From: Bdellovibrionota bacterium
Lineage (GTDB): Bacteria > Bdellovibrionota > UBA1018 > CAIPTA01 > JAALKR01
Length of the DNA: 64,000 nucleotides
NCBI GenBank assembly: GCA_965207455.1
Contig: CBDBMJ010000001.1
Span: forward strand, 128,001-192,000
Direction of reading: 5' to 3'
Every line of letters starts with the position of its first letter. Position 1 is the stretch's first letter. The notes under the pieces are model-generated. The model had not been told where the DNA came from, ran no database searches, and was given only the letters and a program-made list of their open reading frames with translations. This document shows positions 38,782-47,806 of the stretch, piece by piece. Position numbers and translations under genes: made by a program.

Positions 38782-38821
38782 GACTAGGTTTTTATACCAT
38801 AGACCCAAGGCTTTTCCAGCC

Positions 38822-39793
38822 TTAGTTTCTTTCTAGTGAGCGTATTTCTGTGGTCGTAAGGGGGCGTGCTTGGGCCACAGGGAGCGTTTTTAGTTCTAGG
38901 GGGCCTATAGCCATGCGTCTTAGTCGGGAGACCTCATAGCCTAGCAAAGAAAATAAGCGTCGTATTTCTAAATTCCTGCCCTCCCGTAGCTCCAAGTGAA
39001 TCCACTCTGTGGATTTTAGCTTTCGTCCACGCCAAACACGTCGAGGGCGCACAAAGCCTTCCTTTAAACTTAAGCCGTCCCGGAGTTTCTCTAGGGCAGC
39101 ATCAGTGCAGGTGCCTTCCACTTTCACGCTATACATTTTAGAAATAGAGAACGAGGGGTGCATGATTTTATGAGCAAAATCCCCGTCGTTGGTAAACAGC
39201 ACTAAACCTTCGCTGGCATAGTCCAATCGTCCCACTGGGTAGAGCCCCTTGCGATGGGCAGGCGGTAAAAAATCCATTACAGTGGGACGACCCTGAGGAT
39301 CGGACGTGGTACAAACACAGCCCCTAGGCTTATTCAGCATGTAGTATTTTTTTTGTGTGTTTTTAGGAGCTACCCATTTACCGTCCACGGTAATAATATC
39401 TGTTTCAGGGTCAGCTTTCGATCCCAGCTTCTGGTTCACTTTCCCGTTCACTTCCACTCGTCCCAGGAGAATCAACTCCTCCGCTTTCCGTCGACTGCAA
39501 ACTCCCCAAGCGGACAGGATCTTCTGTAGTCGTTGGTTGGGATCTTTTGGAGAGTTCAGTGTCTTCTTCCGGATAGTCTTGGGTTTGGTCGGTCCACTCC
39601 TCTTCTTGTTCTGGCTGGACCGATCCGAATGCAACAGTTCCAGCAACTTGATCCTGCTGATGGGCAGTTCCTTGGGCTTCGCTGTTTTGTGCTTGGGCAC
39701 ACTCTTGCGTCGGGCTGTTGTGGCCGTTCGTAGCTTTTTCTTCCGTGCCGTCTTTTTGACTGGCTGTCTTGCTGTTTTCTTTGTCTTGTTCAT
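38822..39793 (-). CDS. rluB: 23S rRNA pseudouridine synthase with basic N-terminal extension
   Basis: S4 domain RLQKIL..GVCSRRKAE; PVGRLD, EGRN; follows scpAB. Confidence 0.88.
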   Translation of the reverse strand: MNKTKKTARQPVKKTARKKKLRTATTARRKSVPKHKTAKPKELPISRIKLLELLHSDRSSQNKKRSGPTKPKTIRKKTLNSPKDPNQRLQKILSAWGVCSRRKAEELILLGRVEVNGKVNQKLGSKADPETDIITVDGKWVAPKNTQKKYYMLNKPRGCVCTTSDPQGRPTVMDFLPPAHRKGLYPVGRLDYASEGLVLFTNDGDFAHKIMHPSFSISKMYSVKVEGTCTDAALEKLRDGLSLKEGFVRPRRVWRGRKLKSTEWIHLELREGRNLEIRRLFSLLGYEVSRLRRMAIGPLELKTLPVAQARPLTTTEIRSLERN

Positions 39794-40445
39794 GGGGAAA
39801 TAGTACTGCCTCCTTTTGCTCAATATCGCTGAACTCAAGCCTTTCAGCCTCTTGGATTACCTGCCTGAGTTGAGTGCCAGAGTCTAGCTCTTCTGGACTG
39901 CCCACTTCATTCTTGGGGAGAAGCTCCTCAATTTCTCCCAAGCTGGGTACATCGCTTAGGCTGGTCAGTCCAAATAGTTCTAAAAACTCTTTCGTTGTAC
40001 TGTATAGCATGGGTCTGCCTGGTGTGTCACTCCTTCCTGATAATTTTATGAGTTTTTTCTCCATAAGGTTGCGTAGGTGGTTTCCGCACTCCACGCCCCG
40101 TATGCTTTCTATCTTTTCCCGGGTGAGGGGCTGGTGAAAGGCAGCTATGGAGAGCACCTCCAGCACTGCTTGAGACATGCGTGCTGGTGCCACCTGCTCC
40201 AGGCGACGGATAAGATCCTTATGTTCCAGCTTTGTCCGAAACATCAGCCCCCCAGCCACCTTGGCAAGCTCTATGCCATGGTCTCGCGTCTGGTACGAAC
40301 TGATGAGTTCTTCAACAGCCTCCTTATATTCTGCCATATCGACAGTGTCATCAATGCTTGTGCGAATTTTTCCTAAGGACAGGGGTTTATGCTGGAGAAA
40401 CAGCAAGGCTTCCGCCGCTGACTTCAGGTAATTTTTTGTACTCAT
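39411..40445 (-). CDS. scpB: SMC-Scp complex subunit ScpB with long acidic tail
   Basis: AEALLF, LEVLSIAAF.QPLTR..IESIRGV, PGRPMLY.TT..FLE.FGL. Confidence 0.92.
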   Translation of the reverse strand: MSTKNYLKSAAEALLFLQHKPLSLGKIRTSIDDTVDMAEYKEAVEELISSYQTRDHGIELAKVAGGLMFRTKLEHKDLIRRLEQVAPARMSQAVLEVLSIAAFHQPLTREKIESIRGVECGNHLRNLMEKKLIKLSGRSDTPGRPMLYSTTKEFLELFGLTSLSDVPSLGEIEELLPKNEVGSPEELDSGTQLRQVIQEAERLEFSDIEQKEAVLFPHEQDKENSKTASQKDGTEEKATNGHNSPTQECAQAQNSEAQGTAHQQDQVAGTVAFGSVQPEQEEEWTDQTQDYPEEDTELSKRSQPTTTEDPVRLGSLQSTESGGVDSPGTSGSERESEPEAGIES

Positions 40446-41220
40446 AGGACTCTCCTGTTGTGAATAATTGTTTTATGTTTTCTCGGCTAAGTGGTTCTCG
40501 AAGGATAACGTGAATGGATCCATAGACGGTGTGCTGGAGTATACGGATCTTTTGCAGCTTTGCCAGCTCTAGGATAGCAAGAAATGTGGCAATAATGGTG
40601 GAGGCATTTGCGTTTTCTGGGAAGCAGCTATAAAAATCGGTGTTTTCCTCGGTGCTGAGCTTTTCATGTAGGTCTAGGGCTGCGTCCATTACGCTGAGAA
40701 TTTCTCCTATGGTCCAGCGAACGGGTCGCCTGTTTCGTAAAAGAACATTTTGAAAGGATAGGCTAAGCTCTGTTAGGCTCATTTCTTCAAAGTTCCCATA
40801 TTTACGACGTGGTTTTTTTGTGGGAGGGGGACGCTTAAAGTGGTGGGATCCAAGGCGTGGCTTTTCTTTGAGTGCTTGGGCCACCTCTTGGAATCGTTGG
40901 TGTTCTAGGAGCCTACGAATAAGGGACTCTTTGGTTTCTGCTTCTTCGTCTTCGAGGTTGGGATTTTCTTCGTCGGTTTTGGGTAGGAGTCGACGGGATT
41001 TTATTAAAATGAGTGTTGCAGACATGAGGATAAAATCTCCTGCTATATCCAGATTATACTCTCGCATCAAATCGAGGGCGCGCAGGTACTGTTCGGTAAT
41101 TTCGCCTATTTTTATATTGCGGATATCTATTTCATTTTGACGAGCTAGGTAGAGGAGCAAATCCAACGGACCTTCAAAGCTAGCCAAACTCACCCGGATA
41201 TCTGTTTTTTGAGCTATCAT
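40387..41220 (-). CDS. scpA: Segregation/condensation protein A
   Basis: FEGPLDLLLYL, IKSRRLLP, TFLAILEL. Confidence 0.93.
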   Translation of the reverse strand: MIAQKTDIRVSLASFEGPLDLLLYLARQNEIDIRNIKIGEITEQYLRALDLMREYNLDIAGDFILMSATLILIKSRRLLPKTDEENPNLEDEEAETKESLIRRLLEHQRFQEVAQALKEKPRLGSHHFKRPPPTKKPRRKYGNFEEMSLTELSLSFQNVLLRNRRPVRWTIGEILSVMDAALDLHEKLSTEENTDFYSCFPENANASTIIATFLAILELAKLQKIRILQHTVYGSIHVILREPLSRENIKQLFTTGESYEYKKLPEVSGGSLAVSPA

Positions 41221-41230
41221 TCTTTCTCTA

Positions 41231-41899
41231 TTAAAGCACAGATCCGACTACGGATACAGCTAGGGAAATGGCAAGGTCGGAAAGGAAATGAATGGGGGTT
41301 AGGATGAAGCGCAGAGCGCCGCTGAACAGTAGGAATAATAAAATAAAAAATCCATATTGCTGGATGGACTCATACTTACGCATGCCCTCGTAGCTAAGAA
41401 AACTTTGCAACATTTTGGATCCATCCAGCGGAGGGATGGGCAGAAGGTTGAAAATAGCTAAAACAAAATTCAGCAGCACCAGGGTGCGGAGAATTTCCCT
41501 AAAAGGTTCCACGAGGGGGAGGGTAGTGGGTACAAATTGATAGAAGAGCACAAAGACAAAGGCAAAGAGAAAGCCCAATATAATATTGGCTAGGGGACCA
41601 GCAAAGGCGACCCAGAAGAGTCCTCGACGAAAATTAGTGAATTGGCGGGGATCGATGGGCACAGGCTTTGCCCAACCGAAAATGAACCCGCCAAAAGCAA
41701 TACCGATTAAAGGAAAAATAAGAGTACCAAAGAGATCCATGTGGGCGATTGGGTTTAGGGTGAGCCGTCCGCTCCATGCTGAGGTCATGTCTCCATAACG
41801 TTTGGCCATCCAAGCGTGGGCATATTCGTGGAGGACTAGGGCAATAAGCAGAGCCGGAAACACGATGCAGATTCTTTGAACGATTGAGGCGATATCCAT
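41231..41899 (-). CDS. Site-2 protease (M50)
   Basis: HEYAH, GRLTLNP, FNLLPIPPLDG. Confidence 0.92.
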   Translation of the reverse strand: MDIASIVQRICIVFPALLIALVLHEYAHAWMAKRYGDMTSAWSGRLTLNPIAHMDLFGTLIFPLIGIAFGGFIFGWAKPVPIDPRQFTNFRRGLFWVAFAGPLANIILGFLFAFVFVLFYQFVPTTLPLVEPFREILRTLVLLNFVLAIFNLLPIPPLDGSKMLQSFLSYEGMRKYESIQQYGFFILLFLLFSGALRFILTPIHFLSDLAISLAVSVVGSVL

Positions 41900-41978
41900 A
41901 GGTTTCCGTATACAATAGGGCTGGTTGGGGGTCAATGAAAAGCTTTGTATGTGTGTGCAGTCAGCGGTGTGCGGTCTC

Positions 41979-42329
41979 TCAGCAGGCCGCTTCTTTTACC
42001 AGTTCTCTCGGAGCATCTTTCCAGAGTCTCTCCAAGTCGTAGAAATCTCGTATATCTTCTTGGAATATGTGTACCATCACATCTCCGAAGTCGAGGATAG
42101 CCCACCTAGCTTCTCCAAAGCCCTCTGTCTTGGCTCTCTTGCCCTTTTTTCGTAGGGTGCGTTCCAGGTGCTCTGAGATGGTGCGTACGTGGGGTTCCGA
42201 CGTTGCACTCATTAGGACGAAATAGTCCGCAATGGAGGAAGTTATATTGAGTATCACTATGTTAAAGGCTTTTTTCTCTAGGGCAATTTGTGCGCAATCT
42301 TTTGCTAGTGCGTGTATTTCTTGTTCCAT
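41979..42329 (-). CDS. rsfS: Ribosome silencing factor
   Basis: WAILDFGDVMVHIF..R.FYDLERLW. Confidence 0.95.
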   Translation of the reverse strand: MEQEIHALAKDCAQIALEKKAFNIVILNITSSIADYFVLMSATSEPHVRTISEHLERTLRKKGKRAKTEGFGEARWAILDFGDVMVHIFQEDIRDFYDLERLWKDAPRELVKEAAC

Positions 42330-42334
42330 TTTTT

Positions 42335-42937
42335 TTACCTACCATAGGGGGCAGTGCCATGCAATGCAAAGTGCTGGGAAAGGGCTGGGGGTAGGGCATT
42401 TTGAGGAATTCTTTTTTGCGACAGTTCCTCTCGCACCTGAGTGGAGGAGAGGGGATTTGCAGGCATATGGATTATTTCTCCTCCATGCTTGGGTGCTTGG
42501 TTTTGCTCTATGTTTTGTTTTGTCTTTCGACGGACGGTCAGTATTTGGCATAATTCCTCGATAATTTTCCATTCCTTCCAGAGAGTCATATCCTCGTCTG
42601 CGCCCACGATCCAGAACAGGCGATCCCTTGTCGCCTTCATTTGGTGACAAAGGCGAAGTGTATCCACTGTAAAGCTTTTTTTCTCTTGGATCTCGATGGA
42701 CCAGATGGAAAAGGGGGTGTCTTGGAGGGCTAGGTGGAGAAAATGGAGTCGCTCTTGGGGGGAGGCTATGGGATCTTGCTTATGGGGATTTTTATAGCAA
42801 GGGAGGAAGTAGACAGTGTCCAGTGATGGACCGTGGTCGAGGCAATACTGGGCTACTTGTAAGTGCCCTAGGTGAGGGGGGTTGAAGCTGCCTCCCAAGA
42901 GTGCCACCCGTTTGGAGAAGTTCGGAGTTTTGATCAT
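42335..42937 (-). CDS. nadD: Nicotinate-nucleotide adenylyltransferase
   Basis: GGSFNPPHLGH, GAD, SSTQVR. Confidence 0.92.
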   Translation of the reverse strand: MIKTPNFSKRVALLGGSFNPPHLGHLQVAQYCLDHGPSLDTVYFLPCYKNPHKQDPIASPQERLHFLHLALQDTPFSIWSIEIQEKKSFTVDTLRLCHQMKATRDRLFWIVGADEDMTLWKEWKIIEELCQILTVRRKTKQNIEQNQAPKHGGEIIHMPANPLSSTQVREELSQKRIPQNALPPALSQHFALHGTAPYGR

Positions 42938-43932
42938 ATTTTTTTTAGTTGGTTAAAACATAAATACATTAATTCTTGCACGCCAGATCCTGTGGCCACG
43001 GAGATTTTCCGGTATGTTTTTTGTTCTTTTTCCAGCTTGGCACAGAAGGAGTCCAGCGGCTGGGTATTTTGATGGGCGTCCATTTTATTAAAAACGATAA
43101 TTTCTGGGCGGTCCTGAAGGGAGTGACGAAAGGAGAGGAGTTCCTTGCGGATGGAATAATAGGTTTCTTCCGGGTCTGTTTCGTCGGCCACGTCGACAAG
43201 ATGGATGAGGAGTCGGCTTCTTTCTAGGTGACGTAAAAAGCGGGTCCCCAATCCCACTCCTTGGCTCGCACCTTCCAGAAGTCCGGGGATATCGGCGATT
43301 ACGAAGTTTTCATAGTCGGAAACTTTCACCACGCCTAAGTTGGGAGTGAGTGTGGTGAAGGGATAGTCTGCAATTTTTGGTCGAGCAGCAGAGACTTTAG
43401 AAATTAAGCTGGATTTTCCCGCATTGGGTTTTCCAATGATGGCCACGTCTGCAAGTAATTTTAGTTCCAAGTATAGAGAGCGACTTTCTCCTACTTTTCC
43501 GGGTTGAGCAAATTGGGGAGCTTGGTAGCGAGAACTTTTGAAGTGCATATTGCCCTTCCCACCCTGTCCACCTTCACAGATGAGAATAGGAGGCTCGTTC
43601 TGTTTTGTTATGTCCGAGAGTAAGATGCTTTTTTCCGTATCGCGTACCATGGTTCCAAGGGGAACATGTAAGTAAATATCCTCTCCCTTGCGTCCATTTT
43701 TTTGCGCTCCTGAACCGCGGGTGCCATTGTCTGCTAAGTATTTTTTCTTTAAACGAAAGTTTAGGAGTGTATTAATACTGGGATCGGGAACTAGGAATAC
43801 GGAGCCACCTCGTCCTCCCTCTCCTCCATCGGGACCGCCCATGGGGACATACTTTTCTCGACGGAAACTAACCGCTCCAGCTCCCCCATTACCAGCGCGT
43901 ACTTGAATTTTTGCTTCGTCTATAAAGTTCAT
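42934..43932 (-). CDS. obgE: GTPase ObgE
   Basis: FRREKYVP.GGPDGG, GKPNAGKS, DIPG, NKMD. Confidence 0.97.
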   Translation of the reverse strand: MNFIDEAKIQVRAGNGGAGAVSFRREKYVPMGGPDGGEGGRGGSVFLVPDPSINTLLNFRLKKKYLADNGTRGSGAQKNGRKGEDIYLHVPLGTMVRDTEKSILLSDITKQNEPPILICEGGQGGKGNMHFKSSRYQAPQFAQPGKVGESRSLYLELKLLADVAIIGKPNAGKSSLISKVSAARPKIADYPFTTLTPNLGVVKVSDYENFVIADIPGLLEGASQGVGLGTRFLRHLERSRLLIHLVDVADETDPEETYYSIRKELLSFRHSLQDRPEIIVFNKMDAHQNTQPLDSFCAKLEKEQKTYRKISVATGSGVQELMYLCFNQLKKI

Positions 43933-43967
43933 GGGAAATTACCAGATCGACCCTTCGTAAAAGAACC

Positions 43968-44228
43968 CTAGGCTGTTTTCGGGTATACGGATATTTTTTT
44001 TCGCTTTCGGCTGACTTGTTCAAATCGAACCACACCAGCGATTTTAGAAAAAATAGTATAATCCCTACCTAAGCCCACATTTTCTCCTGGATGGAATACG
44101 GTGCCCACTTGGCGAACAAGAATATTCCCTGCCTTTACCATTTCTCCTCCAAAGCGCTTTACTCCGCGCATTTTAGGGTTACTATCACGTCCGTTTTTCG
44201 AACTTCCGCCTGCTTTTTTTGTAGCCAT
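43968..44228 (-). CDS. rpmA: 50S ribosomal protein L27
   Basis: [16 protein letters not shown]. Confidence 0.98.
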   Translation of the reverse strand: MATKKAGGSSKNGRDSNPKMRGVKRFGGEMVKAGNILVRQVGTVFHPGENVGLGRDYTIFSKIAGVVRFEQVSRKRKKISVYPKTA

Positions 44229-44243
44229 GGGTAGCCTCTCTTT

Positions 44244-44795
44244 CTATTTTGCTGTTTTGTTTCTTGGAGTTTTTCTTGTTTTTTTCTTTGCTGTTTTCCC
44301 TGTTTTTTTCTTTGGTGCTCTTTTTTTCACTGCTGCTTTGGGAGATTTTTCCTTAGCCCGTACGGTTTTAGAACTTCTCTTTACTTTTTCCACCGGCTCT
44401 TTTTCCACACGAGCATCCCGTAGGGCAAAGCCCACACGCTTCATAATTTGCTCGCGCTCTTGTGCAGAAAGGGTTTCTTTTTTGTCGCCATTAACGGCTG
44501 TAATTAGTAGGCGAGAATAGATTTGGCGATGACCAATTTTTCGTTTAAATTGCTGACGACGTTTTTTATGAAAGGGATAAAGCTTTTCCCCCTTCTCCAC
44601 AGCAACCACTTCCACAAGGACGGAAGCCCCTTTCACATAAGGAGTGCCTACCTGCACTTGAGCACCCTCTCCCACGAGAAGGATATCCGAAAAGGTTTTT
44701 TTCTCTCCAAAATCTTCTGGAAGGAGCTCCACCTGCACGGTATCCCCCTTTTGCACCTTGTATTGCTTGCCACCTGTTTCTATCACTGCATACAT
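44244..44795 (-). CDS. rplU: 50S ribosomal protein L21 with Lys-rich C-terminal extension
   Basis: [14 protein letters not shown]...GHRQ. Confidence 0.96.
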   Translation of the reverse strand: MYAVIETGGKQYKVQKGDTVQVELLPEDFGEKKTFSDILLVGEGAQVQVGTPYVKGASVLVEVVAVEKGEKLYPFHKKRRQQFKRKIGHRQIYSRLLITAVNGDKKETLSAQEREQIMKRVGFALRDARVEKEPVEKVKRSSKTVRAKEKSPKAAVKKRAPKKKTGKTAKKKTRKTPRNKTAK

Positions 44796-44915
44796 AAGAA
44801 AGTCCTCGGTCGGTTTAATAACAACCTACAGTACTGATACCAAGCTTGACTGTCAAGCATTTTATTTGGGTTTTTGACGCTATGCAGTATACTCTAAAAA
44901 AGCAGATGAAAGCAA

Positions 44916-45500
44916 TTACCTAGCGAGCAACTGATCCATCTCTACGCCAAAAGCATCTGCCAAACGCTTCAATGTTTTGAACTGAGGCTTGTGCTTACCT
45001 TTTTCTATGATGGAGATATACCTTCTGTCGATGCCCGTCAGATCAGCAACATCTTGCTGCGTCTCTAAATTCAATTTAGCCTTTAATGCCTTGTAGTTTT
45101 TGATGAAAGTGCCGATCTCTTGCTGCAACTCTGCTTTAGCCGTCTTGCCCTCATCCGTATCCAAGAATTTAGCCCTAGCCCCTTCAACACTTAAACTGTC
45201 CTCACTCAATCCATAACGACCATCGGCTAGGCTTTGTATAGCCCCTATCACTTCAGAGGCTGTTTCTATGATCTCATTAACTTCGTTCTTGTCTGGCTTT
45301 TCTTTTTTCTTTATCTCCTGCAATAGTCCCATCAATTCCGATAGGTTTTGGTGGTGCTTTTTTAAATTGCCGTACTTCTCCTCTGCCTCTTTGAATACTT
45401 CTGCTGAAGTTGTGAACTGCTTTTTACACCACACGATTAACGAGTTAACGTTCATGCTTTCTGGAGGGGCACTGAAAAGCTTTCTACTTGATTCATCCAT
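44916..45500 (-). CDS. XRE HTH protein with N-terminal coiled coil
   Basis: C-terminal TQQDVADLTGIDRRYISIIEKGKHKPQFKTLKRLADAFGV. Confidence 0.85.
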   Translation of the reverse strand: MDESSRKLFSAPPESMNVNSLIVWCKKQFTTSAEVFKEAEEKYGNLKKHHQNLSELMGLLQEIKKKEKPDKNEVNEIIETASEVIGAIQSLADGRYGLSEDSLSVEGARAKFLDTDEGKTAKAELQQEIGTFIKNYKALKAKLNLETQQDVADLTGIDRRYISIIEKGKHKPQFKTLKRLADAFGVEMDQLLAR

Positions 45501-45510
45501 TTTTTTATCT

Positions 45511-45576
45511 CTATAAAGTCTCCGTATAAACTACTATGCTATAAAGTGCTATAAAAATCTAGATAGTGCTATAAAA
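45511..45576. promoter_or_regulatory. Direct repeats (GTG)CTATAAA upstream of the HTH gene
   Basis: Four CTATAAA copies, two extended to GTGCTATAAAA. Confidence 0.5.
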
Positions 45577-45777
45577 TATTCGGGTATTGAAAAGTTTTTT
45601 GATTTTCAGGTGCTTGGAGTTTTTCCACTCTCAATGATCACTGGTGATATGGATAGGAAGCACTGATTTTTTAAAATTAGTTGGATAGCTCTATTTTAAA
45701 TCCTATAAATATGTTGAAAATGACTATCGTGCGATGTCCATGACTAGAAACTGAAAGTTGTTACTCGTGTGAGCCTC

Positions 45778-46521
45778 CTAGATTTCTAAAAGTTCTGGTT
45801 GAATATCGCTATTTTTTACTGGAACCAAAAGCACTGTATTTTTGTAAGTCTTATTATAGCGAATCCAGTCATCAGTATGGTCTTTAAGCCAATCAGAATA
45901 TTCATCCCCAACGAGATTGTTCCTTAGAATAGTATTTGCCTCTCTCGGATCCTCAACAACATAAAAGTATGAATGACATCCGTTGGACTTATATTCTTCA
46001 ATGCTGTTACGCAGTTTTGCTGTAATCCCTCTATCTAATCGTTCAGACTTTGAATACTCAAGCCTCTGTTCATCACTTATTGAAGGATAGTTGCACTTTT
46101 CACTTACAGTTTTGTATTGCCCAAGGAGTCCCTTTCCTTCAAGATTGTCTAGTTCTTCTGGAATTGGTTTTCCAGCAGTAAATTGGGCGATCTGTTTTGG
46201 AAATATATCATTTTCAGCAGCTCCAGCCTCAGAGGGATAAGCAAGAATAGTAATAAAAGAAAAAATAGAAACACCAAAAAAAGTCCAACCTGCGAATGCA
46301 GTGAGTTTTGATGTAGATTCTGTTAGTATTAATCCACTAATCATTAGTGCGGCAGAAAGGACCCTCGTGAGATTTTGGGTTTTTCTAGTGAGGTGTCTGT
46401 TTCTTGCGCTGTCATCATCATTAGTACAACTAGAATATGTATCTGTAAATGCATATGCATGTTGCGGGCTAATTAAAGCTAGGCAAACCAGCACTGTTAG
46501 TATATTTTTTGTTATTTTCAT
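45778..46521 (-). CDS. Family D distant paralog
   Basis: LALISPQHAYA signal; LEGKGL..Y..V.EKC.Y, Y..NGC, LVPV. Confidence 0.78.
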   Translation of the reverse strand: MKITKNILTVLVCLALISPQHAYAFTDTYSSCTNDDDSARNRHLTRKTQNLTRVLSAALMISGLILTESTSKLTAFAGWTFFGVSIFSFITILAYPSEAGAAENDIFPKQIAQFTAGKPIPEELDNLEGKGLLGQYKTVSEKCNYPSISDEQRLEYSKSERLDRGITAKLRNSIEEYKSNGCHSYFYVVEDPREANTILRNNLVGDEYSDWLKDHTDDWIRYNKTYKNTVLLVPVKNSDIQPELLEI

Positions 46522-46707
46522 TTTCTTGTCTCCTTTTTGGTTAAATTTGTACTGCCAAAAACTCACCATGTGCTTACGTTCAGTTTATGCATTATGTCAT
46601 AACTGCTCTATTCAGTCAAGTGTTGTTTTGGGTCATTTTGATTTTTTCTCTAAGTATCTGAATTTACTAATGAAAAACGTCAAAAGAATGGCTTTGAGGG
46701 CAGTGAA

Positions 46708-47718
46708 TTATGGGTGACAGGAGCAGCGGAAGCCAATTTGTGTTGATGGAAGGTTTGTTGTGAAGTCGAGTTTTGTGGTGAAAATTCCAGATTGTTTAAT
46801 AGCAATACCTCCATTACTATCGGACCAGTTTCCTCCACGAACAACGGCTCCGCCTTGAGGAAGATCGGTATCGTTGGGGTCGTAGGTTAAGTTACCGAAA
46901 CCTAGACCACCGCCGAAATTTGTACATGAGGAGTAATCCGCTGCTGGACCAAACTGGTCATGGGCATTTCTTTTTCTACCTGAAACGCCGTCAATGCTTA
47001 GTCTTCCTCGAATTGTATATGCTCGTGATGGATCGGGGTTTGTTCGTACCACAAGGGAGATATAGTTATTGGGACCATAAATTATATTATTATCGTCCTT
47101 GACCCACTCGGAAAGGTTTCCTGCAAGATCCCATATCACTTCTCCATTGGAAAGGGTATGGGTTCGTGCTTGAAGGTCGAAATCTCCCACACATTCCCCG
47201 CTAGTGTTGGTGCCAAGGCAAGGTTGGTCGTCGTTTGCTGAGGCGGCTAGGGCTTTGTTAGGAGAGCCGTCCGAGTGACCCAGTGGTAAGGTATGGCTGG
47301 ATACATCTGCGCTTGAATCTCCATCACTCCAATTTTGTCCAACCAGTATGGCATCTCTAGCTACAGCCTGCCACTCATCGTTTGTGATAAGATCATATTG
47401 GCTACCAAGGGCTTGGCATTTTTCAATAGCATCGTTACGGTTGATAATAGACCAAGGGGTGCCAGCTGCTTGGGAGACAGCCTTGCCGTCACTATTTTTC
47501 ATTTCATATTTTGCGACACAGACAATTCTATTGGTATACCCAGCTAAAGCTGGAACAGGTATAAATCCCGTACCACATAACAATTCATCTGGAGACTCAG
47601 CATCTCGACAGCGATCAGTAGGTTGAGGGAAGAGGCGAATGGCATCGCCGCCACAGCTAAAGAGTATAAAGGTGATCGCCATAAGGGTTAGCGGTCTGGA
47701 ATATTTTTTCTGTATCAT
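46708..47718 (-). CDS. FGE-sulfatase (SUMF1-like, C-type lectin fold) lipoprotein
   Basis: Lipobox LFSC; CVAKYE, LITNDEW, IWDLAGNLSEW, RGGNW, IGFRC. Confidence 0.85.
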   Translation of the reverse strand: MIQKKYSRPLTLMAITFILFSCGGDAIRLFPQPTDRCRDAESPDELLCGTGFIPVPALAGYTNRIVCVAKYEMKNSDGKAVSQAAGTPWSIINRNDAIEKCQALGSQYDLITNDEWQAVARDAILVGQNWSDGDSSADVSSHTLPLGHSDGSPNKALAASANDDQPCLGTNTSGECVGDFDLQARTHTLSNGEVIWDLAGNLSEWVKDDNNIIYGPNNYISLVVRTNPDPSRAYTIRGRLSIDGVSGRKRNAHDQFGPAADYSSCTNFGGGLGFGNLTYDPNDTDLPQGGAVVRGGNWSDSNGGIAIKQSGIFTTKLDFTTNLPSTQIGFRCSCHP

Positions 47719-47806
47719 TGCTCTTTCTCTCCATTTCTTTCTATTATTTTTTTATTTGAAAAAATTATTATATAGTATAATTAAATTTTAACATATCTGC
47801 GGCTAC

